64,000 nt of DNA from Patescibacteria group bacterium (GTDB lineage Bacteria > Patescibacteriota > Doudnabacteria > UBA920 > O2-02-FULL-48-8). The stretch lies in the NCBI GenBank assembly GCA_036278915.1, contig DASUKB010000001.1, forward strand, positions 173,186 through 237,185, written 5' to 3'. The translations under genes were made by a program, and so were the position numbers. Below are positions 38,620-46,946 of this stretch, one piece after another; position 1 is the stretch's first letter, and each line of letters begins with the position of its first letter. The notes under the pieces were generated by a model, which saw only the letters and a list, made by a program, of their open reading frames with translations, made no database searches and had not been told where the DNA came from.

Positions 38620-38735
38620 ATTTAAGTGCGTTAATCGTTATTGGGCAGCGCGGCGCGTGGGGCGTTCGCGGCTTTCGGTTTGTGGACGTAAAACTTCAAC
38701 GTAAACCGATGCGCGCAGCGCTGCCGCTAAACGCG

Positions 38736-38915
38736 CTAGCGTTTTTTAGTTTTCGCATCGTGGATAAGTATACCACCAGCAACTCTTTTGAGCTGCAGGT
38801 ACTGGTGCTCATGCCAGCCAAACATCCTGACAAATTCCGCAGGCATTGCAATCACCAAAGTTTTCCCTGATCCCGTCTTGGTTAATTTACGTTTTGTGTT
38901 TGTTGGCCTTGCCAT
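38736..38915 (-). CDS. AbrB/MazE/SpoVT-like DNA-binding protein (59 aa, not in ORF track)
   Basis: Manual translation MARPTNTKRKLTKTGSGKTLVIAMPAEFVRMFGWHEHQYLQLKRVAGGILIHDAKTKKR; homologous to 1511-1678. Confidence 0.8.
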   Translation of the reverse strand: MARPTNTKRKLTKTGSGKTLVIAMPAEFVRMFGWHEHQYLQLKRVAGGILIHDAKTKKR

Positions 38916-38974
38916 AAATTATATTGTTTAAGTATTGAGTTTAGTATTGAGTTATAACTCGCCCCCGACGTTGT

Positions 38975-40627
38975 TTAATGTCCAGAGTTGGGATCGGTAT
39001 TAAATCCCGGGTTAGTGATTGGTTTGCACGAGTCTTCCGGCATATTTAGTTGCTCGTAGACGGTCATGGCGGTAAGCCCAAACTGGTTTATATCCTGTTT
39101 AACAAGTTCGGCTGTGGGGTGGTAGTGGCAGAATTTTTGACTGTCAAAAAGTGTGCTCATAGTAAAGACAATCTGATCATTGTGTTTGAGATTAGCCTCA
39201 TAGCTTGAGGCGGGATCAAGCAACTGATACGGCTGGTTGGCTTCGGTCGTGAGATAATCAGTAGTCTGCACAGAGAAAGTATCCAATACAAGGTAAGTGT
39301 CTGCTTTGTCGTTCCGCGCATTCAAATAATTTGAAACGTCCGTGAGGTCCGAACGATAAGCATAATAATCATCCGGAGAATTGGCGGCCACCGTAAATAC
39401 AGCATAGAAGTTATAGTAAAAAATAGCTCCCAAAAACACTACCGCAAATGCCACGCGTCCGGGCCGGTTGATGACGTATTGTTTGAGCCAGATCCAGAAT
39501 TTATGCAAGCTCCAGGCGGACAAAATAAAAATTGGAGGGATAACGCCTATAATGCGTAGTCCGTGCGGTATGCCTTCGGCTGTGGTTATCTCAGGCACAA
39601 TCATAAACCAAAACCACACCGCGACCAGAGCCTGGTATACTGTCCGCTCGTGTAAATTTTGCCGCCAAACGTCCCAGAGAAATTTAAAGAACATAATCGT
39701 AAACCAAATCAAACTTATGGCAAAGAATGGGCTTATGAAAGGCGACAGGAACGGGTATCCGGATACGTTTTGGCGCCAGTTGAGATCGCCCTGAGTAAAG
39801 AAACTCAGCATAGTTTTTTTCACCACAGTCACAAACGTGCCTACCACGTCGCCATTGTTGAGCTGCTGGTTGAAGATGGAAACCTGTCCGGCCCGGCCCA
39901 CAAATGAATCCGGGTGCTGTACGAAATAGATGCCAATCCAGGCAAAGGCAATTATAAATCCAGTTCCAAAAATGATTTTGGGAGTCATGTACCTGCGGAT
40001 TGTTTCGCGCATATGCGCGCGATTGGCAAGCATGAGTAAAAATCCCATGCCGACTGCCAAAGGAATCATCATGCGATAGGAGATGTAAGTGTAAAACCCC
40101 AGGCCAAAAAAAATGCCGGATAAAAATGCCGAGATCGCGCGCGAACCGGTCCGGAATTCGGGCGTCTGGAAAAATTTAACAGCAAACAGAAAGGTAAGGG
40201 TGGTAAACAGCGGTATGAGGTTGGCGCGGAATCCATTGCGGTTGAGCATAAGCATGTAACTTGAACATGCCATAAAAAACGATGCTAAAAGCGCGACGTT
40301 TTTGCCAAACATCCGTTTGACCAAGAAATACGTGGCAAATACTTCCAGCACGCCGACCCCGCCCGAGACTATATGGTGCTGCCAAGGGCCTCGTCCAAAC
40401 ACGGCCACTGACGCGGCCAAAAGATAGAAGTACAGCGCCTCACGGCCGTTGCCGCGCGGGTAAAACGGCTGCAAATGGCCGTGGAGTATAGAATTCACAT
40501 CCAGGCCGTTGGCCGCTTCGTCGGGAAATAGGCCGTTGGGAAAAGTTGCGATATGCCAGAACCGAAGGAAAATCGCCAGGAGCAGAATTACGACCAAAAT
40601 CCAGTGATCTTTTATAAATTTTGCCAT
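38975..40627 (-). CDS. GT-C fold glycosyltransferase (ArnT/PMT-like)
   Basis: FLRFW...PNGLFPDEAANG, GREALY and GLGFYTY motifs; multi-TM. Confidence 0.85.
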   Translation of the reverse strand: MAKFIKDHWILVVILLLAIFLRFWHIATFPNGLFPDEAANGLDVNSILHGHLQPFYPRGNGREALYFYLLAASVAVFGRGPWQHHIVSGGVGVLEVFATYFLVKRMFGKNVALLASFFMACSSYMLMLNRNGFRANLIPLFTTLTFLFAVKFFQTPEFRTGSRAISAFLSGIFFGLGFYTYISYRMMIPLAVGMGFLLMLANRAHMRETIRRYMTPKIIFGTGFIIAFAWIGIYFVQHPDSFVGRAGQVSIFNQQLNNGDVVGTFVTVVKKTMLSFFTQGDLNWRQNVSGYPFLSPFISPFFAISLIWFTIMFFKFLWDVWRQNLHERTVYQALVAVWFWFMIVPEITTAEGIPHGLRIIGVIPPIFILSAWSLHKFWIWLKQYVINRPGRVAFAVVFLGAIFYYNFYAVFTVAANSPDDYYAYRSDLTDVSNYLNARNDKADTYLVLDTFSVQTTDYLTTEANQPYQLLDPASSYEANLKHNDQIVFTMSTLFDSQKFCHYHPTAELVKQDINQFGLTAMTVYEQLNMPEDSCKPITNPGFNTDPNSGH

Positions 40628-40696
40628 TTAAGTTTTAGATTTTAGTTTCATAAATCCGATTGAATTTTTGCACCCGATATTGTATAATTTAGCCAC

Positions 40697-41074
40697 ATGT
40701 TTAGCGTTAAATTAAAACAGGTTACGGATGCCCGGTCAGGCTTTATTTATGAGCCTTTTAACTACCGAAGTATCGGATTGTCTCTTGTCATAAACATTAT
40801 ACATTGGGCAATTCTTATTTTCAAGCTGGGTTTTGGGCACGCTCCGATTCTGATCCGCTTCAATGTCGTATATGGACCGGATTTAGTTAAGAGCGCTCGA
40901 TTTGCATATCTGATTCCGCTGGCAGCATTGGTTTTATTGGCTGTGAACGTTGCTATCTCCATAATGTTTTATCGGCGCGAGAAACTGGCCGCATACTTTT
41001 TGAATTGTGCCAGTATCGCCATCCAATTGATTTTTTTGGCCGCGACCATAATTTTGCTTTCAATCAATGCCTAA
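40697..41074 (+). CDS. hypothetical three-TM membrane protein
   Basis: Hydrophobic segments; overlaps the GT2 start; TATAAT 8 nt before the ATG. Confidence 0.7.
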   Translation: MFSVKLKQVTDARSGFIYEPFNYRSIGLSLVINIIHWAILIFKLGFGHAPILIRFNVVYGPDLVKSARFAYLIPLAALVLLAVNVAISIMFYRREKLAAYFLNCASIAIQLIFLAATIILLSINA

Positions 41075-42722
41075 TAAGCGCACTAAAACCGCAAGATTTT
41101 TTGAAATTTTCCCCGGAGTCCTGACTTGGACCACGCTTTTGGGTGCGCCAATTTTGTCATACTACCATCCCGTGTGGGTATCTGTATTTATAATCGGGTT
41201 TGATTTGTATTGGTTCCTCAAAGGCGGCAATGTTGCCTTGCATCTGCTGCATTCATACGCTACTTTGCGCACGCATGCAAAAGTTGACTGGATGGATTTT
41301 TGCCAGCGCCTTGCTAATCGTGAGTCTTTCAAAAATTATCTTAAGCTCCAGCAACAGGCTGCTGGCCGAGATTTGAAGAATTTTTACGATTTGCAGCTTT
41401 CGCGTTTAACCAAAGTGCCATCCGATCGCAATCTTGATTGGACGCAAATTTACCATCTTATAATCGCACCGACGTACAATGAGGATTTAGGAGTTATAGA
41501 AGCGTCGATTCAGTCATATTTGTCGTCAGACTATCCGAAGGATAAAATGATTTTTGTTCTGGCGACAGAAGAGCGTGCGGGCGAGACCGCTGACCAGTAT
41601 GCGGCAATTTTATCATCTCGGTACGCGGGCAGTTTTCATAAGTTTTTGGCAATCAAGCATCCAGATGGAATCCCGGGTGAGGCCAAAGGCAAAGGCGCCA
41701 ATATCGCTTACGCGGCAAGACAGGCCCAAAAACTTTTGGATGAGGAACTCATACCATATGAAAACATCCTCGTGTCCGTCTTTGACATAGATACCATCGC
41801 TGACCGGCAATACTTCAGCCATTTAACATACGACTTTTTGACGAGCCGAAAGCCTTTGCGCACCAGTTTTCAGCCGATGCCGCTCTTCCACAATAATATC
41901 TGGGATACGCCGGCTATCGCTCGCGTGATCGCGGTCTCTTCGTCATTCTGGCAGTTGGTGGAGGCCTCCCGACCAGATCGTCTCGTGACATTTTCTTCGC
42001 ACTCCATGAACTTTCGCACGCTCGTGGATGTGGGATTTTGGCGCACAGACATAATTCCCGAGGATTCGCATATTTTTTGGCAATGTTTCTTGCACTTCAA
42101 TGGCGATTACCGCACCGAACCGCTGTTTACGACTGTATCCATGGACGCGGTGCTGGGCAACAGCTACTTCGGCACGCTCGTGGCGCAGTACAAACAGAAA
42201 CGGCGCTGGGCCTGGGGCGTCACGGAAATTTCCATGGTCATACCGGAATTTATGCACAACAAAAAAATTCCGCTCTGGAAGAAGTGGGTCTACGGCGAGC
42301 GGCTTATAGAGGGTCATTATTTCTGGGCCACGGCTTCGATTATGATTGCGATCTTAGGCTGGCTGCCACTTACATTGGGCGGAGCGCATTTTGGGTCAAC
42401 TGTGGTGGCTGTAAACCTGCCGATTATGACCAAATTCATAATGAGCGTAGCCACTTTTTTCCTTGTTTTCTCCATGTACATAAATATCGTCCTCTTGCCG
42501 AAGCGTCCGCAAGGCTACCCGCGTTGGAAATCCGTGTCCATGCTGGTCCAGTGGGTGTTTTCGCCGATTGTTTCATCCGTGTTTGGAAGTCTTCCGGCAA
42601 TTGATGCGCAAACCAGACTGATGTTTGGCAAGTATATGGAATTTTGGGTAACGCCCAAAGTCCGGCGCACAAATTTGGTTTCGCCTGAGTCAGCTGTGCC
42701 CCAGGAAGTGGTTGTAAAATAA
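41067..42722 (+). CDS. processive-type GT2 family glycosyltransferase
   Basis: PTYNE, KGAN, DID, PED and QKRRW (D,D,D,QxxRW) motifs with flanking TMs. Confidence 0.85.
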   Translation: MPNKRTKTARFFEIFPGVLTWTTLLGAPILSYYHPVWVSVFIIGFDLYWFLKGGNVALHLLHSYATLRTHAKVDWMDFCQRLANRESFKNYLKLQQQAAGRDLKNFYDLQLSRLTKVPSDRNLDWTQIYHLIIAPTYNEDLGVIEASIQSYLSSDYPKDKMIFVLATEERAGETADQYAAILSSRYAGSFHKFLAIKHPDGIPGEAKGKGANIAYAARQAQKLLDEELIPYENILVSVFDIDTIADRQYFSHLTYDFLTSRKPLRTSFQPMPLFHNNIWDTPAIARVIAVSSSFWQLVEASRPDRLVTFSSHSMNFRTLVDVGFWRTDIIPEDSHIFWQCFLHFNGDYRTEPLFTTVSMDAVLGNSYFGTLVAQYKQKRRWAWGVTEISMVIPEFMHNKKIPLWKKWVYGERLIEGHYFWATASIMIAILGWLPLTLGGAHFGSTVVAVNLPIMTKFIMSVATFFLVFSMYINIVLLPKRPQGYPRWKSVSMLVQWVFSPIVSSVFGSLPAIDAQTRLMFGKYMEFWVTPKVRRTNLVSPESAVPQEVVVK

Positions 42723-42743
42723 TAAGAAGTAATCGCAATTTTT

Positions 42744-43811
42744 ATGAGATTCGTATATTTGGAGGCGTTCGGACTGGCATTCTTCATCTCGTTTGTGGCT
42801 ACATTTCTGGTTTCGCGCATGGCGGTGCGCCGAAAAATTATTGACTTCCCTGATGAAGAGCGGAAATTCCACAAAGCCCCCACGCCGACATTGGGTGGCT
42901 TGGCAGTGTTTGCCAGTTTTTTCCTGGTCACATTTTTTTTGGGAGTTTTGGGCGGATACCTGGTGGGAGGCACGCTTCCTTTGCGCGTGCTTTTGGGTAT
43001 CTGGGCCGGCGGCATGATACTTATGATCGGCGGATATCTGGATGACCGCTACCGCCTGCCGCCATCATATTCTGTTATTTTCCCGATCCTGGCCGCCCTG
43101 ACCGTGGTTTTTTCCGGCGTGTCAGCCGTGAGTATTCATAATCCATTTACGGGAAACATTGTCCAGCTGAATAGTTTTGAAGTAGCCGGCCTCCCGGTAC
43201 TTTCGGGTGTCGTCGTATTCTGCTGGATGCTCGGCATGACTTACACTACGAAGTTGCTGGACGGCATGGACGGGCTGGTCACGGGCATTTCGGCTATTGG
43301 CGCAATCGTAATCTTTTTGCTGTCACTCACGCCACAGGTCATGCAGACTCCCACGGCAATTCTGGCCATTACCTTTGCTGGGGCTCTGCTTGGGTTTTTG
43401 ATTCTGAATTTTTATCCGGCTAAAATTTTCCTTGGCGAATCCGGGTCAACTTTCGCCGGATTTATGCTGGGAATTTTGGCAATCGTCTCCGGCGGGAAAA
43501 TCGCCACCGCGATTTTGGTCATGGGCATCCCGCTTTTGGATGTCATTTGGGTTATACTGCAGCGCCTGTTCAACCGACAGTCGCCGTTTACTGGCGACCG
43601 CAGGCATCTGCATTTCCGTTTGCTGGACATTGGGTTTTCAGAACCACAAGCGGTGCTTTTCCTGTATGCGCTGTCTGGATTTTTTGGAGCTACAGCCCTC
43701 TTTCTTCAATCATTGGGAAAATTAGTGGCCTTATTGATATTGATTTTCGTCATGGTGATTATTGTAAGCACAATATTTTTCGCGGTTAGGCCGCGACAAA
43801 CTAAATTTTGA
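42744..43811 (+). CDS. WecA/TagO-type undecaprenyl-phosphate GlcNAc-1-phosphate transferase
   Basis: PTLGGL, GYLDD, DGMDGL, NFYPAKIFLGESG and DRRHLHFRL motifs. Confidence 0.88.
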   Translation: MRFVYLEAFGLAFFISFVATFLVSRMAVRRKIIDFPDEERKFHKAPTPTLGGLAVFASFFLVTFFLGVLGGYLVGGTLPLRVLLGIWAGGMILMIGGYLDDRYRLPPSYSVIFPILAALTVVFSGVSAVSIHNPFTGNIVQLNSFEVAGLPVLSGVVVFCWMLGMTYTTKLLDGMDGLVTGISAIGAIVIFLLSLTPQVMQTPTAILAITFAGALLGFLILNFYPAKIFLGESGSTFAGFMLGILAIVSGGKIATAILVMGIPLLDVIWVILQRLFNRQSPFTGDRRHLHFRLLDIGFSEPQAVLFLYALSGFFGATALFLQSLGKLVALLILIFVMVIIVSTIFFAVRPRQTKF

Positions 43812-43831
43812 AAAATTAAAACAAATATTTT

Positions 43832-44281
43832 ATGAAGAAGACATGTTTACTTCTGGTCGCGGTTGGTTTGGTGGCGGCTTCTTGCAATTCCAGCAACCAG
43901 CTACGTCAGGATGAAGTCATTCAGATCAAATCGCGGAGGTTCTCGGTACAGCTAGCAGACACGCCGCAGGAGCGAGAGCAGGGCTTAAGCGGCATTGCGG
44001 CTATTTCCGACGAAGAAGGAATGCTGTTTCTGTTTTCCGGTCCCCAGTCGCCGCAATTTTGGATGAAGGATATGAATTTCCCGCTGGATTTGGTTTGGAT
44101 TAATGGTGATAAAATTGTCGGCATTACGGATAATGTGCCAACTCAGCCGAAGGTGCCGGACAGTCAGCTGGCGACATACGCGCCGCCTTCACCCGTGGAT
44201 AAAGTCCTTGAAGTCAATGCCGGCTGGGCTCTGCGCAAAGATGTAAACGTGGGCGACACCATTACTGTAGTCAGCCAATAG
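43832..44281 (+). CDS. DUF192-type lipoprotein
   Basis: Lipobox VAASC; ADTPQEREQGLS, GMLFLF, FWMKDMNFPLD and VLEVNAG motifs. Confidence 0.85.
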   Translation: MKKTCLLLVAVGLVAASCNSSNQLRQDEVIQIKSRRFSVQLADTPQEREQGLSGIAAISDEEGMLFLFSGPQSPQFWMKDMNFPLDLVWINGDKIVGITDNVPTQPKVPDSQLATYAPPSPVDKVLEVNAGWALRKDVNVGDTITVVSQ

Positions 44282-44332
44282 AGGGGTTGACCGGGTTCCA
44301 AATTTTTGCTAAAATATTTGGGCAATAATTAT

Positions 44333-44374
44333 CCCTCACCCTCTTACCCCTCTCCCGAGAGGGATAGGGGAGTT
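44333..44374 (+). repeat. short REP-like element, family A
   Basis: CCCTCACCCTCTTACCCCTCTCCCGAGAGGGATAGGGGAGTT in the rplU leader. Confidence 0.7.
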
Positions 44375-44392
44375 CTAAGAAGAAGAATCAAG

Positions 44393-44692
44393 ATGCAGGC
44401 AGTTATAGAAACAGGCGGAAAGCAGTATCTGGTTTCCCCCAAAGAGAAATTGGCAATCGAAAAAATCGCAGGCGCCGCCGGCGACACTGTGGCTTTTGAC
44501 AAAGTCCTGCTCACCATCGACGGCGACAAAGTCAGCCTGGGCAAACCATATCTGGCTAATCAGAAAGTTTCGGCCAAAATCGTAGAGCAGTCACGAGCCG
44601 AGAAATTGACTGTATTTAAATACCGCGCCAAGTCGCGCTACCGACGCAAAACTGGACATCGCCAGAGCCAGACTATAGTTGAAATTCAATAA
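44393..44692 (+). CDS. rplU: 50S ribosomal protein L21
   Basis: MQAVIETGGKQY...FKYRAKSRYRRKTGHRQ. Confidence 0.96.
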   Translation: MQAVIETGGKQYLVSPKEKLAIEKIAGAAGDTVAFDKVLLTIDGDKVSLGKPYLANQKVSAKIVEQSRAEKLTVFKYRAKSRYRRKTGHRQSQTIVEIQ

Positions 44693-44703
44693 CCGTAAAA
44701 TTA

Positions 44704-44735
44704 AAATACGAACTGATTAACCAGTTCGTATTTTT
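44704..44735. terminator. bidirectional terminator between rplU and recR
   Basis: AAATACGAACTG-attaac-CAGTTCGTATTTTT. Confidence 0.7.
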
Positions 44736-44761
44736 GTAATGGTTCGTACTTTCGTAGATTG

Positions 44762-45373
44762 CTAAAATTCCTGCCGGCCTTCCATAGCCTTGGACAAAGT
44801 GAATTCGTCCGCGTACTCCAAATCGGCGCCCATAGGAAGTCCGCGGCCGATGCGCGTGACTTTCACGTGCGCGTATTCGGGATTTTTGAGGAGTTTGGAA
44901 ATGTACATAGCCGTGGCTTCGCCTTCAAGTGATGGGTTGGTGGCGAGGATTATTTCTTTGGGAGAATTTGGGTTACGAACCCGTTCTAGCAGCTTTCGGA
45001 TAGTAAGGTTTTCCGCGGACACGCCCTCCAGCGGGGAAATAACCCCGCCCAGCACATGGAATACGCCGGGGAAGTCGGAGAGTTGGTCCATAGCCACCAC
45101 GTCCATGGGATCCTCCAGCACGCAAATAACGTTTTGGTTGCGGTGGGTATCCGCGCAGATCTTGCACGGGTTGGTTTCGGCCATGTTGAAGCATACCGAA
45201 CAGTAAATGATATTTTTTTGAAGATTGCTTAAAGCTTGAGCAAAAGCATCCACGTCTATGGATGGCTGTTTGAGCAGGTAAAACGTTAGTCTCTGCGCTG
45301 TTTTTGGTCCCACGCCGGGCAGCCTTGAGAGTTGAGTGATTAGATTTTGTATGGATTTCGGCAGGGTGGACAT
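44762..45373 (-). CDS. recR: recombination mediator RecR
   Basis: LPGVGPKTAQRL, C4 zinc finger, Toprim EGEATA and GLPMGADLEYAD. Confidence 0.96.
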   Translation of the reverse strand: MSTLPKSIQNLITQLSRLPGVGPKTAQRLTFYLLKQPSIDVDAFAQALSNLQKNIIYCSVCFNMAETNPCKICADTHRNQNVICVLEDPMDVVAMDQLSDFPGVFHVLGGVISPLEGVSAENLTIRKLLERVRNPNSPKEIILATNPSLEGEATAMYISKLLKNPEYAHVKVTRIGRGLPMGADLEYADEFTLSKAMEGRQEF

Positions 45374-45467
45374 AGGAGAATTTTAACAAAATTTATATAA
45401 AAAACAAACCATAATTAAAAAGAATCGGCAAGCCCCGGAGGGCCTGCCGCAGGTATGTGGCTGCGTG

Positions 45468-45746
45468 CTAGTGCACGTTGCGTGAGAAGACAGAATCCCG
45501 GGCTTTCGCCATCGGGCTGCCATGGCGAGGCGGAAGCTCTTCGAGATCGCCGTCGTCGAGCGCGTTTTCGATCTGATGCTGGCCGCGGATGAGGAGATCC
45601 TGACTGCTGGATGTGCCGTCTGGATTCTCAAAAGTGCAGGTGATATTCTCGCCATCGATCTTGGTGATGCGAAAGATAGGTGAGAGACCCGGGTTTTGAT
45701 TCATCACCTGGTATCTGCTCCCGACCACTACCGCTTTCCAAGGCAT
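45468..45746 (-). CDS. orphan hypothetical protein (92 aa)
   Basis: AAAGGAGG SD; its own terminator-like hairpin at ~45416-45450. Confidence 0.65.
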   Translation of the reverse strand: MPWKAVVVGSRYQVMNQNPGLSPIFRITKIDGENITCTFENPDGTSSSQDLLIRGQHQIENALDDGDLEELPPRHGSPMAKARDSVFSRNVH

Positions 45747-45863
45747 TTAGCCCCTCCTTTTGGTTCATTCAAAATCAGCGACTTAAATTCTATATTAAAT
45801 GAAGCAAAAAAACAAGATAGGCTGGTACTTGTCAAAAGGTCTAATTTGACTTAAGCTTATGCC

Positions 45864-46020
45864 AAAGGCCGCCAGGGGGGATCGATCGCAACCTTACGTG
45901 CTGGGAAACATGATAAGGTGCTCTGGCGGCCTCCACACTTACTTTCGGAGGAATCTACTTGGCCATTAGGCCGAACAACACAAAAGAACGGTTTCCACCT
46001 CGGAACCCGTTTTTGTTTTT
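45864..46020 (+). ncRNA. candidate structured non-coding RNA or attenuating leader
   Basis: TTGTCA-17-TAAGCT promoter (45829-45857), GGCCGCCAG/CTGGCGGCC stem with nested hairpin, terminal hairpin plus T-rich tail. Confidence 0.4.
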
Positions 46021-46107
46021 GTATAAAATGTGTATACTCCAGCAATAATTTAGGTGTTACACACTGAATGGATGATAATTCATTAATTAAATTTCTGAAA
46101 AAGTGAT

Positions 46108-46914
46108 ATGACTATAAAAAAATTAGCGCCAATTGTTGTGATAGTGGTAATTGCAATAGCAATTATTGGAGGATTAAATATAAATAAAAAAGGCCAGATC
46201 AGTACGAACCATGCCCAAAAACAACAACAACAAGATATTTACAAGGCCGCTGAACAAGCTCAATTACCACAACTCCAAGCAAAAACTAATATTATTCTTG
46301 CCGATGCCAAAGCTTCCTCTGATCTAAAGTTTGTTAAAGATGATACTACATCGGATGGAAAATCTGTAAAATGGTATTCATATACCGATAAATATGGAAG
46401 AAAAGTAAGCTATGCCTTGGGAGATGATGGTATCATTTGGGACTCAACAGCTAGTAGTTTAATCCAAGGAAATACAATCATCAATTCAGATGCTAACTCT
46501 GGTGTACCCTTGGGTTGGAAAATCTACTCGAATCCAGCTGGCTATCAGGTAGCATACCCGCCGGATTGGTTTATTTCTACCGTTACTCAGCCAAAAGCGG
46601 ATGATCTAAGCGAGCTCGTAATTCAACCGTATGAACCAGATTACGCCGAATCTCCTTACACGTTCCAAATATTCGTGAATTTAGAGCCATTAGAATATTT
46701 TACCAACCAACTTGGAGACAATAAAAACAATCTAAAAGATATTCAACTGAATGGGTATGAAGCCAAACAATTGTACTTAAATGGTTCTCCATCGGATTAT
46801 TATATTGAGAGAAATGGAAATACTTTTGTAGTAAGCTCAAATTATATAGGTGGAGATAACATCTCAAAAGAGGATACAGATAAAGTATTATCGAGTTTCA
46901 AATTCACACAGTAA
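46108..46914 (+). CDS. membrane-anchored protein with a PsbP-like domain
   Basis: N-terminal TM; WKIYSNPAGYQVAYPPDW ... VLSSFKF. Confidence 0.75.
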   Translation: MTIKKLAPIVVIVVIAIAIIGGLNINKKGQISTNHAQKQQQQDIYKAAEQAQLPQLQAKTNIILADAKASSDLKFVKDDTTSDGKSVKWYSYTDKYGRKVSYALGDDGIIWDSTASSLIQGNTIINSDANSGVPLGWKIYSNPAGYQVAYPPDWFISTVTQPKADDLSELVIQPYEPDYAESPYTFQIFVNLEPLEYFTNQLGDNKNNLKDIQLNGYEAKQLYLNGSPSDYYIERNGNTFVVSSNYIGGDNISKEDTDKVLSSFKFTQ

Positions 46915-46917
46915 AAC

Positions 46918-46946
46918 AAAAACTGCCTAATTTTAGGCAGTTTTTT
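46918..46946. terminator. bidirectional terminator
   Basis: AAAAACTGCCTAA-t-TTTAGGCAGTTTTTT between convergent genes. Confidence 0.8.

Noticed and set aside
45864-46020. SRP RNA (ffs), suggested by proximity to recR
   Set aside because: Lacks the helix-8 CAGG...GNRA...AGCA motif; kept as an unassigned ncRNA candidate.
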